Source: Spirochaetota bacterium (GTDB taxonomy: Bacteria > Spirochaetota > UBA4802 > UBA5550). From it: a DNA stretch of 64,000 nucleotides. Positions 18,901 through 28,008 of this stretch are shown piece after piece. The position numbers and the translations under genes were made by a program. The stretch covers positions 7,013 to 71,012 of the forward strand of contig DAONFJ010000001.1 of the NCBI GenBank assembly GCA_035403545.1, written 5' to 3'. Each line of letters begins with the position of its first letter. Position 1 is the stretch's first letter. The notes beneath the pieces are model-generated. The model made no database searches. It was not told the DNA's origin and saw only the letters and a list, made by a program, of their open reading frames with translations.

Positions 18901-21596
18901 AGTGGAAAAATCCTGAATATAATGACAGCACACCGATTAATAGTTCTACGGTATTAAAGGTCACACAGGTAAACAGCATAAATGACAGCGATTACAGAAC
19001 TGATTCTTTTTTAATAAAAGAGAGCGGTGTTTATAAATCACTTTATGGAAGCGACAGTACAGATGATATTGAGAGTGAAAGTGAAACAGCGTTGCAGGTG
19101 GAGTATAATATTACAGGTCCATATACCGGAGTATCCATTAAAAGAAAATTTACAAAGGAACTTGATATACGGTACTACAAAACGCTGAACATCTGGCTGA
19201 ATGCAAGATCTGTTTATGCGGCAAACGTTCTTGGTTTCATCATCGGTTCTTCGGATACAGATTACATTGAGTATAGGGTTACGCCTGATTATCCCCTGGT
19301 GTGGAAAGAACTTAAACTGAAACTGTCGGATGACTCCGGCGGCAGCATTGAAAAATACCTGGTAACAGGAAAGCCTGATCTTAAAAGAATAAAATATATA
19401 AAAGCAGTTGTATACGGTACAGGGACAACAGGTAAAATCTGGTTAAATGAAATTTATGTGTCAGAACCGGAAAAGCTTGATGGTGACGCGCATTGGTACG
19501 AATTTGAACTGAAGACATTAAAGCCGTTATTTAAAACTGATTCCGGTGTCCCTGTTCTTTCAGATATGAATCTCCGTTATATTTTTAAAGGACACTCTTC
19601 GAAATTCAATACTGTAAATAAAACATCCTCTGACATAAAAGAAAACTATCATGAACTGTTTACATCCGCGAAGATACTCCCCAACTGGGACGCGAGTATG
19701 AATTATATAAATGAATCGAGCAGCACCGACAGTTTAAATGAAGAAGTTGCTGATTCAAAAAAAGGGGACGCAAGGCGCGATTTTTTCACATTAAATACAG
19801 CATATAATTCAACCGGTGGGAATACCCCATCCATAACGCTTGCATATTCAGTAGATAAAAATGAAAATTTAACAGACAAGTCGACTGACGGCAACAGTTA
19901 TAGAGAAGACACTGTCAATGTAGTTCACACACCGGTTATAATTTACAGACAGGAAATTGCAGATTTTCTTTACGGAAAAGTTTCGCTGAAAATGGTTCTT
20001 GATATGGCTTTTTCGCATAACAAAATCACCAGAGATTCACTTGTTGTTGATGATACAATCCTATCGTCATCAGTATCCCTTAATGAGTCTGAAAAGAAAC
20101 AGGCGTCAGACACAAAAATTGAAATGGATTACTCCAATACTCTTTTTTATTTCCGTCCACGCTTCAATACTTCATCGAGCGAGATTGTGCAGCTGAACGG
20201 AGCTGACAGTTATGACAAAACGGGAGTAAATGGAACAGTAAACGGTAATTTTTTTCTCCCTTTCAGCAGCAGCGATGATTTAAAATATCTTGAAAGAAAT
20301 AATGGAACCGGCGCAATATTCGGAATTAAATTTTTAGAATATTTTTCACCGGAATATTCAATCGATATTGATTATAGTGAAAATGGCTTTAAAGATTACA
20401 AAGATGAAGATGCAATTGGTAATCAATTCAGCCGGTCAAAAAACAGTATGTCAAATTTAACAACAGGAATTAAACTTCCTGTCCAGTTAAATAAATCCGA
20501 AATTTTCAGCAGGATAAAACACCTTCAGTTCAATTATCTCCGTTCAATTTATTTTGATGAAAAGGATGTTCCCTATGAGGGAGAGGAAACCGGCTTTTTT
20601 AATGAGAAATACGGCATTTCGAATGTATTATCAGGCCTTTCTCCTTCAGCATACAATCTGATTAATAGATATCCCGGATTCTATTTTAAAGGGAGAGGGA
20701 ATTTCGGCGAGGGGCGTGATCTGATATATGGAACATTAAATGATGATCACGGAATCAGCGGGATAATCAGTTCAAGTGAATATAATAATTCACTTAAGCT
20801 GGTGGACAGATTTACTTCTGATTTTTCTGTCGATGCGGAATCGTTCAGATTTTTTTCTTCGGGGAGTATAAGCCAGGTTTGTGAAAGGAGCAATATTTAC
20901 GGTATCCCGAATCAGGCAGTGGTTGCGGATTTTGGTATAAATTTTGAATTTGATTTAATGAAAATTTTTAGATTCGGTTTTTTCAGAAACAATGGAGAAG
21001 GATTGTCGTACCATTCATCATTAATAGATTTCGGTTTAAGTTTTACAGACAGTATGCTGATAACTTATAATATCAATGAAAAAAAGATAACTCCCATTGC
21101 AGGAATAGTTTTTAAATGGGATAGAAGCAGCCTGGGATTTAAATACGAATTTGATTACAGGCAGAAAAATAATAAAGAATATATAAGTACCAGCCTTGAT
21201 GAAGATGACGAAGATTATATTTATCTGCAGAATATGGAAGGAAACAATGAATTCAGTGAAAAGGATTTCGGCCATAAATTTTCAACTATATATGAAACAG
21301 ATGTAGGGTGGCTTTACTATTTCTTTTCAAATTTTTACAAATTAACCGGCATTCCGATATTCTCACTGGAATATAAAATGGAAATAAACAGGTACGATTA
21401 CTTTAAAACTGTATCTCCCGAACCATATGATCTCCAGATGATAACATCAGAACTTAAGCTTGACCTTCACAAAAATATACAGGGTGGAGTTTCCGGGAGG
21501 CTGGCACGTGAACAGTTCAGAAACAGAGAAAATAATGGTGTAAGCCGGGAAGTAATGTCGTATGAATTATCCGCGAGTATTTCACTTATTTTTTAA
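15945..21596 (+). CDS. giant (1883 aa) secreted outer-membrane-type protein with thrombospondin-type-3-like Ca-binding repeats; SprA/Sov-like is possible but unconfirmed
   Basis: Signal peptide (IILTTTVIYYAGAQE). Acidic repeats DEDSDGDGVLDTEDANRNGYIDSE and SEDLDGNGVLDTTEN at nt 18469-18705. The C-terminus ...YELSASISLIF has alternating hydrophobics and a terminal Phe, typical of an OM beta-barrel. Confidence 0.6.
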   Translation: MYRIFIIYISAIILTTTVIYYAGAQEHSGFREKMVQFLEKTAGNSEPENKKNSDNNVFLPSDEKNESFFNSNDWSEYVTNPEYNEHLARLKEGNVYSDEQVNINALGSVKVNLKYGKSYYTDSKYAQYDEDRPQSRIIDAGFLPEQTILLHMDGTIGDRITVFIDHDSRRLEDQNHYIMNYRALADDEVIREINAGEIDIKFNHSKYAVYDNTDVKALGADFTIARGDFKLKAFGSVARGETTVEYFKGNSSPGGTKISDYQFLRGTYYQLEPFKKYDNVTAVPTGVSAYSLVTITSNPSNPSTYSTTAVNISPTGFELYIDDQNQYNNYNAIHLTAIDGGYYTRMVNGTDYSINYSTGVIHFLRTISESSRIFAVYNRSGGTLDPCALTSGPGIFSGRIFVFIKYGYSIDEDINKNFVLDAGEDRNNDGKLNLDIYEIRSVYYLGSRDILASDFTLNFYDENQIMTDTDRASLSSYKLDLTGGTIFFSTREPFRPLLSSAKASAIYSEITKKDAYLSSRYRMVSEYNVEARSFKLKHDNLIEKSVRVKINEREIPVSLFSVDYDSGYLSFTDSNNPVISSDSRIEVKYEYLPFGSKAENFIGGVRADYNVNKSLRIGGSILISKDGKTEIVPDVGKESEQTLLFEGDASLKLTQDRLADLYNIFAERKKKIIPAEFSAYAEYAKSIKDINTFGKALIDNMETSDEIVSVSLSEKDWILSSMPDSEPQSNRGVLNYYFYRNPDSPETLKGESFTADKVNYSVKPGPFNVAMGHIADKITDQDQQKSLVFDFNFTAGSVVSAVTRKLSDTAIDLSGAQYIEVWVKYEGSAADSVNLLMDLGTVDEDSDGDGVLDTEDANRNGYIDSEPSSGYSEDRGFPFNGNNFTRSGSGPGLSSSTMGDGVLTSEDLDGNGVLDTTENVYTVNLGTITPNSGAWQKIRVYIDWSSVTASEILSLQQTKSIRLYLRQSSGTTGRVSIDTLKVISSKWKNPEYNDSTPINSSTVLKVTQVNSINDSDYRTDSFLIKESGVYKSLYGSDSTDDIESESETALQVEYNITGPYTGVSIKRKFTKELDIRYYKTLNIWLNARSVYAANVLGFIIGSSDTDYIEYRVTPDYPLVWKELKLKLSDDSGGSIEKYLVTGKPDLKRIKYIKAVVYGTGTTGKIWLNEIYVSEPEKLDGDAHWYEFELKTLKPLFKTDSGVPVLSDMNLRYIFKGHSSKFNTVNKTSSDIKENYHELFTSAKILPNWDASMNYINESSSTDSLNEEVADSKKGDARRDFFTLNTAYNSTGGNTPSITLAYSVDKNENLTDKSTDGNSYREDTVNVVHTPVIIYRQEIADFLYGKVSLKMVLDMAFSHNKITRDSLVVDDTILSSSVSLNESEKKQASDTKIEMDYSNTLFYFRPRFNTSSSEIVQLNGADSYDKTGVNGTVNGNFFLPFSSSDDLKYLERNNGTGAIFGIKFLEYFSPEYSIDIDYSENGFKDYKDEDAIGNQFSRSKNSMSNLTTGIKLPVQLNKSEIFSRIKHLQFNYLRSIYFDEKDVPYEGEETGFFNEKYGISNVLSGLSPSAYNLINRYPGFYFKGRGNFGEGRDLIYGTLNDDHGISGIISSSEYNNSLKLVDRFTSDFSVDAESFRFFSSGSISQVCERSNIYGIPNQAVVADFGINFEFDLMKIFRFGFFRNNGEGLSYHSSLIDFGLSFTDSMLITYNINEKKITPIAGIVFKWDRSSLGFKYEFDYRQKNNKEYISTSLDEDDEDYIYLQNMEGNNEFSEKDFGHKFSTIYETDVGWLYYFFSNFYKLTGIPIFSLEYKMEINRYDYFKTVSPEPYDLQMITSELKLDLHKNIQGGVSGRLAREQFRNRENNGVSREVMSYELSASISLIF

Positions 21597-22668
21597 AAAA
21601 CGAAACGGCACGTTTTAAGACGGATGAGTAAAAAGAACTGATTTCACTGATATAGATTCCATCTCTCGCTTTTTTTAATCTATCAATTGTTGTTATTTCG
21701 ACTGTTTCCCATAATAAATTTTTATCAGGGCAGGCCCGGAAATATTCGAGTTTAATCTGGTAGGCCCCTTTATACTGCCTTCCTCCGCCTGTAGCTGTTA
21801 TGTTTTTTATCAGGGCATTGATGTCGAGATTTTCAGAGCGGGACCGGAATGAAACATCAAGAAAAAGGTCATTTCTGCTTTTATCCTCCACCAGAGCGAA
21901 TACAACCACAGTCTGGTTGTCAATTTCTTTTAAAAGGAGATCTGCAACGATAGCTATCGAATCACGGTGTTCAATATCAATATATCCTATGCCGTAAATT
22001 TTCCAGTCTTTATAAGAATGCTGATTTTCAGCAGCTTTTTTGTAATAGCGCATTGTTGAAGGAGAAATAGGAATTCCATTAATTTTATTTATTATTTTTT
22101 GATCGGAATATTCAGAGAGATAACGTAAAGCATCAATGTCTATAGGTGTAGTATGTTCATACTTGTCGGTGTCTGTCTGTATACCGAACATCAGGGCAGT
22201 TGATGCGGAAACGAGATTTTTTCTGTCAAGTACCGGTAAGTGATCTTTTATTAGTAAAGCGACAAGTGAACTGGTTGAACCGGCATCGGTTCTTATAAGG
22301 GAAAAGTCGGAAGGCACTTTAATATCTGTCTTTGTATGATGGTCTATATGCGCGGCGCATGGTATAAAATTTGAAATTCCTTCAACAATGTTAGTCTGAA
22401 AATCCGGTACAATATAGGCATCGTATTTTTCAGGGGAAAGTTTTTTTTTAAAAGATACAGGTATGCTCAAATATCCGGCGAATGCTTTATTCTGTGATAA
22501 TGATAATTTTTTTGTAATCATAATATCAGAATTAATTGTAAGTGAAGAAAGCAGAATCTTTAAGGCATGAGCTGAAGCAAGCGCGTCAGGATCCGGGGAC
22601 CCCGATATGATGATCATAATATTTTTATATTTCTTCACTGCCTGAATGAAGGCTTCAGTGTTGTTCAT
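21586..22668 (-). CDS. DHH-family phosphoesterase (NrnA-like oligoribonuclease/pAp phosphatase)
   Basis: DHH motifs (IIISGSPDPDALASAHAL; AHIDHHTKTD) and a DHHA1-like C-terminus with GGGRQY (GGGH-like). Its start overlaps the upstream PP2C gene by 14 nt. Confidence 0.75.
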   Translation of the reverse strand: MNNTEAFIQAVKKYKNIMIIISGSPDPDALASAHALKILLSSLTINSDIMITKKLSLSQNKAFAGYLSIPVSFKKKLSPEKYDAYIVPDFQTNIVEGISNFIPCAAHIDHHTKTDIKVPSDFSLIRTDAGSTSSLVALLIKDHLPVLDRKNLVSASTALMFGIQTDTDKYEHTTPIDIDALRYLSEYSDQKIINKINGIPISPSTMRYYKKAAENQHSYKDWKIYGIGYIDIEHRDSIAIVADLLLKEIDNQTVVVFALVEDKSRNDLFLDVSFRSRSENLDINALIKNITATGGGRQYKGAYQIKLEYFRACPDKNLLWETVEITTIDRLKKARDGIYISEISSFYSSVLKRAVSFFKK

Positions 22669-24871
22669 TTTCTGTTTTTACCTTTTTAAAAACAATAGCA
22701 GTGACATCATTCAGCTGTTCTTTCGTTCCGACGAATGAATTGTAGGTCATAAATATTTCTCTGGTAATTACAGAGGGTGTTTCCCGTGAAAATTTTATAA
22801 CTGTTTCTCTCAGCTTATCCTGCGAAAATGTTTCCCCATTTTCATTACATGAAGAGAATAATCCGTCGGAGTAAAGAATTCCGATTGTTCCCTCTTTCAG
22901 CTTGCCTGTGGTAAAAGAATATCTGTGAGCCATCTCCATCCCCAATGGTATATTTTCAGTTTCAACTTCTGTAAAATTCTGTGTCTCAGGCTCAAATATA
23001 AGAAGCTGGTTATGCGATGCATTCGCATAAGAAAAGTTTCCGTCTGAAGAAATAATCATGCATGAGCACCGGGCAAAACTGTTAGTAAGCCTCGATGTTT
23101 TAATTACCTGATTCATAGTATTCAGAACTTTTTCGGGTGAGTTAAATATCAGTGTTCGCGAATGAAGAATTGAGAATAACTCCATCCCGATAAGAGCTGA
23201 GTCAATACCGGAGTAGGAAGTCTCAGCGATAAAAATTATAGTTTTATCGTTTGCAATTTTTACCGAGTCAAAATAATCCCCGCCGTAGGATGAGTTATTC
23301 AGATAGAACGAACTGATTCGAATCCCGGGTATTGAAGCCAGTTCAGCGGGTATAATTCTCTGTTTAACCGTTGATACTACAATTTTATCATGTTCAGCGA
23401 CCTGTTCCGCTGTTACTTCGTCAAGGATGAGGCCTGTAATAAGAAGGTTCTGAATTTTAATTCTGAAAATTTCAAGTGCGGCGAGGTGATCTGATGTATA
23501 GGACTGGTTCCCTTCAATTTTTCCTAACAGCAGAAAACCGATAAGATTGTCGGACATATTTTTAAATACCATGGATATTTCAATTCCGTTAGAATCGAAA
23601 AAATTAAGGACATCCTGGTTAATATCTTTTATTGATTTGTCTGCAAGCAGGAAGGATTTTTCAAAAACCCCATCATATGATGTTATTTGTTTTGCGATTT
23701 CACTTTTGCCGTCCATAAATTGAAAATTCAGATCAGGCCCGTAACCGTAAGTGAATTGATAGATGTTATCTTTCCTGTTGATGAGCATAAAATACGCAGA
23801 CTGAATTCCGAGTGAATATTTAAGATTCTGGAAATTGTCATTAGTAATATATTCCCAGAAAGTATCCATGTCCGAAAATTTTTTAAGCTCATTCACCGGC
23901 ATTAAAGTTTTATTTATTGCATGGAGTAAAATTTGGAGTCTTCCTGTCCGTAATTTTTCAGTATAAGGTCTAATAATCCGGTAGGTTATTGCAAGATAGA
24001 TAAAAATTATACTGGATTTAATCCATACACTGCTATGAGCGGATTGAAAAAATGGAGGATAAAACCTGAGAAAAAAATAAAGCGGCGTAAAGAAAACAAC
24101 AAAAGCAAAAGCATAGGCGGAGAGAATTTTATAAAATTTCTGAAAATCATTATTTTTAAGATTATAAATGAGATGATCGGTAAAAACCAGAATAAACAAA
24201 ACCGGTACCGGAAGAAACGGATTCTTTAAAAACGGCAGATGATAAAAATAGATTCCACTGAAATATATGGCAATGAAAAGAATATATGAAAGATAAAGGC
24301 CTGAAAGATAATAAATGACAGTAGTTCTTATTCTCCGGAAAGAGGTGTACTTCATTTTCATTATCAGAGGGATCGGTACAATCAGCATAAATATGAGAAT
24401 TATTCCTGACTGTATAATAGCCGCTTTGTTTTTAATGATCTCCATGGAATTATTGATTATTACTTTGTCGATGCCCGGTATAAAGAAAACGGATACAATA
24501 TTGCATAGTATAACAGCTAGTAAAAACAGCAGAAGAAATCTGAACCTGCGGACAGTCTCGGCAGGGAAAAGAATGGAAACACAAAGCAGCAGAATAAAAC
24601 CGGCAGCAGGCAGAAGAGCTATACTTCCTGATATAAGGTAGATTTGTAAAAACGCCGGATTGAGATTTACTGCTATTATCAGTAAAAATTCGATGAGCAG
24701 AAGAATCATCAGAAAGATAAAAAATATATTAGTTTTGTTTTTATTCTTTTTAAATAAATGTGAAATGATATAATATATTGATACAAATGTTATAATTACG
24801 TAATTAAATATGAGCATCGATTTCAATTTTTTCACCTGTATCGGACGTTTTCGTTTTTTTAAGAATATCAC
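22655..24871 (-). CDS. multi-pass membrane sensor fused to a PP2C (SpoIIE/RsbU-type) serine phosphatase
   Basis: About 10 hydrophobic helices in the first ~380 aa; C-terminal PPM-phosphatase block (GGDYFD...FIAETSYSGIDSALIGM...DGLFS...DVTAIVF). Confidence 0.75.
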   Translation of the reverse strand: MIFLKKRKRPIQVKKLKSMLIFNYVIITFVSIYYIISHLFKKNKNKTNIFFIFLMILLLIEFLLIIAVNLNPAFLQIYLISGSIALLPAAGFILLLCVSILFPAETVRRFRFLLLFLLAVILCNIVSVFFIPGIDKVIINNSMEIIKNKAAIIQSGIILIFMLIVPIPLIMKMKYTSFRRIRTTVIYYLSGLYLSYILFIAIYFSGIYFYHLPFLKNPFLPVPVLFILVFTDHLIYNLKNNDFQKFYKILSAYAFAFVVFFTPLYFFLRFYPPFFQSAHSSVWIKSSIIFIYLAITYRIIRPYTEKLRTGRLQILLHAINKTLMPVNELKKFSDMDTFWEYITNDNFQNLKYSLGIQSAYFMLINRKDNIYQFTYGYGPDLNFQFMDGKSEIAKQITSYDGVFEKSFLLADKSIKDINQDVLNFFDSNGIEISMVFKNMSDNLIGFLLLGKIEGNQSYTSDHLAALEIFRIKIQNLLITGLILDEVTAEQVAEHDKIVVSTVKQRIIPAELASIPGIRISSFYLNNSSYGGDYFDSVKIANDKTIIFIAETSYSGIDSALIGMELFSILHSRTLIFNSPEKVLNTMNQVIKTSRLTNSFARCSCMIISSDGNFSYANASHNQLLIFEPETQNFTEVETENIPLGMEMAHRYSFTTGKLKEGTIGILYSDGLFSSCNENGETFSQDKLRETVIKFSRETPSVITREIFMTYNSFVGTKEQLNDVTAIVFKKVKTENEQH

Positions 24872-25152
24872 CGCATTGTACTTAATTTCAAGTTAAATAT
24901 TTTGAGGCTGCATAAAAACTATACTTTTACGGAAAACTTAAAGCAGGTCAAGGCCTATATTTTTATAATTGATTAGTGCGGAGAGATGAATTCAGGATGA
25001 CTTGCATTTAAGTATTTATCAATAATGATACTGAATCACGATGAAGCTGAGACTTTTCGGCAAGCTCAGTGAACTCCGGCGCTGTACAAAAATTTTTTGC
25101 CTTAACGGATTTTTCTTCATATATAACATTGTGTCTCGGGACGGTATTGTAG

Positions 25153-25181
25153 TTGACATTTTATTTTTTTAAATCATAATT
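25153..25181 (+). promoter_or_regulatory. sigma70-like promoter TTGACA-17-ATAATT upstream of ispE
   Basis: Consensus -35 at 25153-25158 and a near-consensus -10 at 25176-25181, about 45 nt upstream of the ATG at 25225. Confidence 0.45.
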
Positions 25182-25224
25182 ATAAAATACCGGATTAAGA
25201 AGGAATGTAATTCTATCAAATCAT

Positions 25225-26099
25225 ATGCAAAAATCAATATTCACCTTGAAGTCTTAAACAGAAGAAGTGATAATTATCATAATCTTTTCAGCCTGTTTGC
25301 GGAGGTAGATCTCTGTGATCTGCTGAAACTTGAGGATTACACTCTGTCAAATAACTCCGGTGAAGTTTCAGTGGAAATTTTAAATAATGGCGGTGATTTT
25401 TCTTCTATTGTTGAAGAGATACCTGTGGAAAAAAATCTTATTACTATTGCGGTAAAGAAGTATATGGCTTCAATCGGGAGAGGCGGACATTTTATTTTCA
25501 GTATAACAAAAAATATTCCTTCCGGGGCAGGTATGGGAGGAGGGAGCAGTAATGCAGCTGCCGCTCTGAAAATTGTCTCAGGGGTACTTGAAAGGGAAAT
25601 TGATGACGAGCTTCGAAACTCTGCTTCTTCCACAGGGTCTGATGTTCCGTTCTTTCTGGAAGGGGGATTCGCTTTTGTCGAAGGAAGAGGAGAATTGGTG
25701 TCCCGGCTGGATTTTAACGATGAAAGTTTTATTTTACTGGTAAATAATGGAATACATATAAATACAGGATCTGCTTATAATTCATTAAAAAGGGCTGTAT
25801 TTGATACAGTAATAAACTGTAGTGACAGAAAAAGAATTATCAGTGAGGGAATTGCGCGGAAACAGGACTGGAAAAATTTATTTAAAAATGATTTTGAAAC
25901 GGGAATTTTCAGTTCATACCCCCAAATAGGTTTTATTAAAGAGAATCTGTATGATTATGGAGCTTTTTTTGCATCAATGACCGGTTCCGGATCAACGGTT
26001 TTTGGCCTCTTTAATGATGAATGTTCAGCGAAAAATGTGCAGAAAATCCTTGAAAATGACGGAAACAGGGTCTATTTTACTAAATTCCGAAGCAATTAA
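25225..26099 (+). CDS. ispE: 4-diphosphocytidyl-2-C-methyl-D-erythritol kinase IspE; the 5' end needs a +1 correction in the A5 run at 25229-25233 (as given, the conserved frame opens at 25173 with no canonical start before 25371)
   Basis: GHMP-kinase glycine loop PSGAGMGGGSSNAAAAL. The conserved IspE N-terminal motif AKINIHLEVLNRRSDNYHNLFSLF is encoded at 25227-25300 in frame with the ORF. See the ispE finding for the frame problem. Confidence 0.8.
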
Positions 26100-26169
26100 A
26101 ATTAATGATTGACTTTCATAGCGTATATTGAGAAATGTGTCGATAGTTTTTAATTAAAGCTGAAATGAT

Positions 26170-26241
26170 TGAGGCGTCGCCAAGCGGTAAGGCACCGGGT
26201 TTTGGTCTCGGCACTCCAAGGTTCGAATCCTTGCGCCTCAG
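26170..26241 (+). tRNA. tRNA-Gln (anticodon UUG)
   Basis: Cloverleaf: acceptor TGAGGCG/CGCCTCA, D-arm GCCAAGCGGTAAGGC, anticodon stem CCGGG/CTCGG with loop TTTTGGT (UUG), T-arm CCAAGGTTCGAATCCTTG. It closely resembles E. coli tRNA-Gln. CCA is not encoded. Confidence 0.8.
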
Positions 26242-26286
26242 AATCTGTCAATTAGGAGATGAATAATTAAAAAAATCTCTTCAATT

Positions 26287-27015
26287 GTGCTCGCCGGAGG
26301 GAAAGGGGTTCGGATGAAATCCGATCTGCCTAAAGTACTTCATCCGCTATGTGGAAAATCCTTAATTGAACATGTTGTGGATAGCCTGAATTCTGCAGGG
26401 ATTGATGACATTCTGGTCGTCGTCGGCTACAGGGGTAATGAAGTCATTGATAAACTCGGGAGCCGAATTAAATATGTCTGGCAGCATGAACAGCTTGGAA
26501 CAGGTCATGCGGTTATGCAGGCTGAAGATTATTTTAAAGATTATGACGGAAATGTCATAATCGCCTGTGGAGATGTTCCATTGATCAAGCCTGAGACCTT
26601 TCAGGCTTTAATGCATTCGGCGGAAGATGATACGACTGGTGCTGTAGTTCTTACAATGATACAGGATAACCCGACAGGTTATGGCCGTATTGTTAAAGAA
26701 AACGGAAAGTTTGTCAGAATTGTTGAAGAAAAAGATGCAGATGACGAACAGCGTAAATTAAATGAAGTAAATAGCGGTACTTATATTTTTAAAAGTAAGT
26801 ATCTCTTTGAAGGGTTAAAAAGAATAAATACTGAAAATGCGCAGGGGGAGTATTATCTTCCCGATGCATTGAATTATATAATAAGTGCAGGTTTGACTGT
26901 AAAAACTATTCCAATGAAAGATTCAATTGAAGGCAGGGGAATAAATACACGGGAAGAGCTGTTGTCTCTGGAGCAATATGTTTCGAAGAAAATCGAGGAT
27001 AGTTCTCATGAATAA
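26287..27015 (+). CDS. sugar-1-phosphate nucleotidyltransferase homologous to the GlmU N-terminal (uridyltransferase) domain only; no left-handed-helix acetyltransferase domain
   Basis: LAGGKGVRMKSDLPKVLHPLCGKSLIEHVVDSL...GDVPLI...NSGTY motifs of GlmU/NTP-transferase. The gene ends 8 nt inside prs, leaving no room for an LbH domain. GTG start, with no ATG in frame upstream. Confidence 0.75.
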   Translation: MLAGGKGVRMKSDLPKVLHPLCGKSLIEHVVDSLNSAGIDDILVVVGYRGNEVIDKLGSRIKYVWQHEQLGTGHAVMQAEDYFKDYDGNVIIACGDVPLIKPETFQALMHSAEDDTTGAVVLTMIQDNPTGYGRIVKENGKFVRIVEEKDADDEQRKLNEVNSGTYIFKSKYLFEGLKRINTENAQGEYYLPDALNYIISAGLTVKTIPMKDSIEGRGINTREELLSLEQYVSKKIEDSSHE

Positions 27016-27949
27016 TAGTCCACTTAAAATTTTTTCCGGTTCATCTAACAATGCACTTGCTACTGAAATTGCACAGTACCTTGGAACGGAACTTTCCGGT
27101 ATAGATTTAAAAAGATTTAAAGATGGTGAAATATCGGTTAAGATAAAAGATAATGTAAGGGCACATGATGTTTTCATAATACAGTCAACATGTAATCCTT
27201 CTAATGACCATATAATGGAACTGCTGCTTATAATTGATGCCGCCGTAAGGGCTTCGGCATCCAGGATTACAGCTGTTATTCCTTACTTCGGTTATGCAAG
27301 ACAGGACAGGAAGGTTGAACCAAGGGTTCCGATATCTGCAAAGGTTGTTTCTAATATTATCCAGGTCACTGGTGCGGATAGAGTTCTGACGATGGATCTT
27401 CATGCTGACCAGATACAGGGATTTTTTGATATACCTGTTGATAATCTTTATGCAACACCGATTGCAATTGAATACCTGACCGGCCTTAATATTGAAAATG
27501 TAGTTGTGGTATCCCCGGATGCCGGCGGAGTTGACAGAGCAAGATTTCTTGCTAAAAAAATGGATACCAGTCTTGCGATAATAGACAAAAGAAGGCCGGA
27601 AGCTAATATATCTGATGTAATGAATGTAATCGGAGAAGTATCCGGAAAAAATTGTATACTGATTGATGATATTGCTGATACAGCAGGCTCAATATCAAAA
27701 GCATCTGAGGCATTAAAAGAGAGAGGGGCGAAAGACGTTTACTGTTTATTTTCACATCCTGTTCTATCTGAGAATGCCGTTGCTAATCTAAAAAAAGCGG
27801 ATTTTAAAGAGATCATTTTTACAAATTCGATTCCTCTGCCCGAGGATAAAAGACTTGATAATATGAGAGTTCTCTCAATTGCTCCTCTTTTCGGGGAAGC
27901 TATAAGAAGAATACACAATGGAGAATCAGTAAGTTCTCTTTTTATTTGA
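27008..27949 (+). CDS. prs: ribose-phosphate pyrophosphokinase
   Basis: MNNSPLKIFSGSSNNALATEIA..., PRPP-binding loop, DLHA...QGFFD motif. Start at the second ATG of the track ORF, with GAGGA 8 nt upstream. Confidence 0.9.
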   Translation: MNNSPLKIFSGSSNNALATEIAQYLGTELSGIDLKRFKDGEISVKIKDNVRAHDVFIIQSTCNPSNDHIMELLLIIDAAVRASASRITAVIPYFGYARQDRKVEPRVPISAKVVSNIIQVTGADRVLTMDLHADQIQGFFDIPVDNLYATPIAIEYLTGLNIENVVVVSPDAGGVDRARFLAKKMDTSLAIIDKRRPEANISDVMNVIGEVSGKNCILIDDIADTAGSISKASEALKERGAKDVYCLFSHPVLSENAVANLKKADFKEIIFTNSIPLPEDKRLDNMRVLSIAPLFGEAIRRIHNGESVSSLFI

Positions 27950-28008
27950 TTAAAATAAGATTTTAGATAATAGTAATAATAGTAAGTGTTAAAAAAGGGG
28001 TAATTTAA

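Noticed and set aside
15945-21596. A firm call of the 1883-aa protein as the T9SS translocon SprA/Sov.
   Set aside because: Size, signal peptide and barrel-like C-terminus fit, but I cannot verify family-specific motifs from memory. The widespread Shine-Dalgarno usage here is atypical for Bacteroidota, so it is left as a hypothesis.
26287-26290. A pattern of non-ATG starts suggesting widespread ATT/ATA initiation.
   Set aside because: The two striking cases (ispE and the 32239 gene) are both resolved by single-base changes inside homopolymers that restore an ATG. The GlmU-like gene simply uses GTG. An assembly indel is the more economical explanation.
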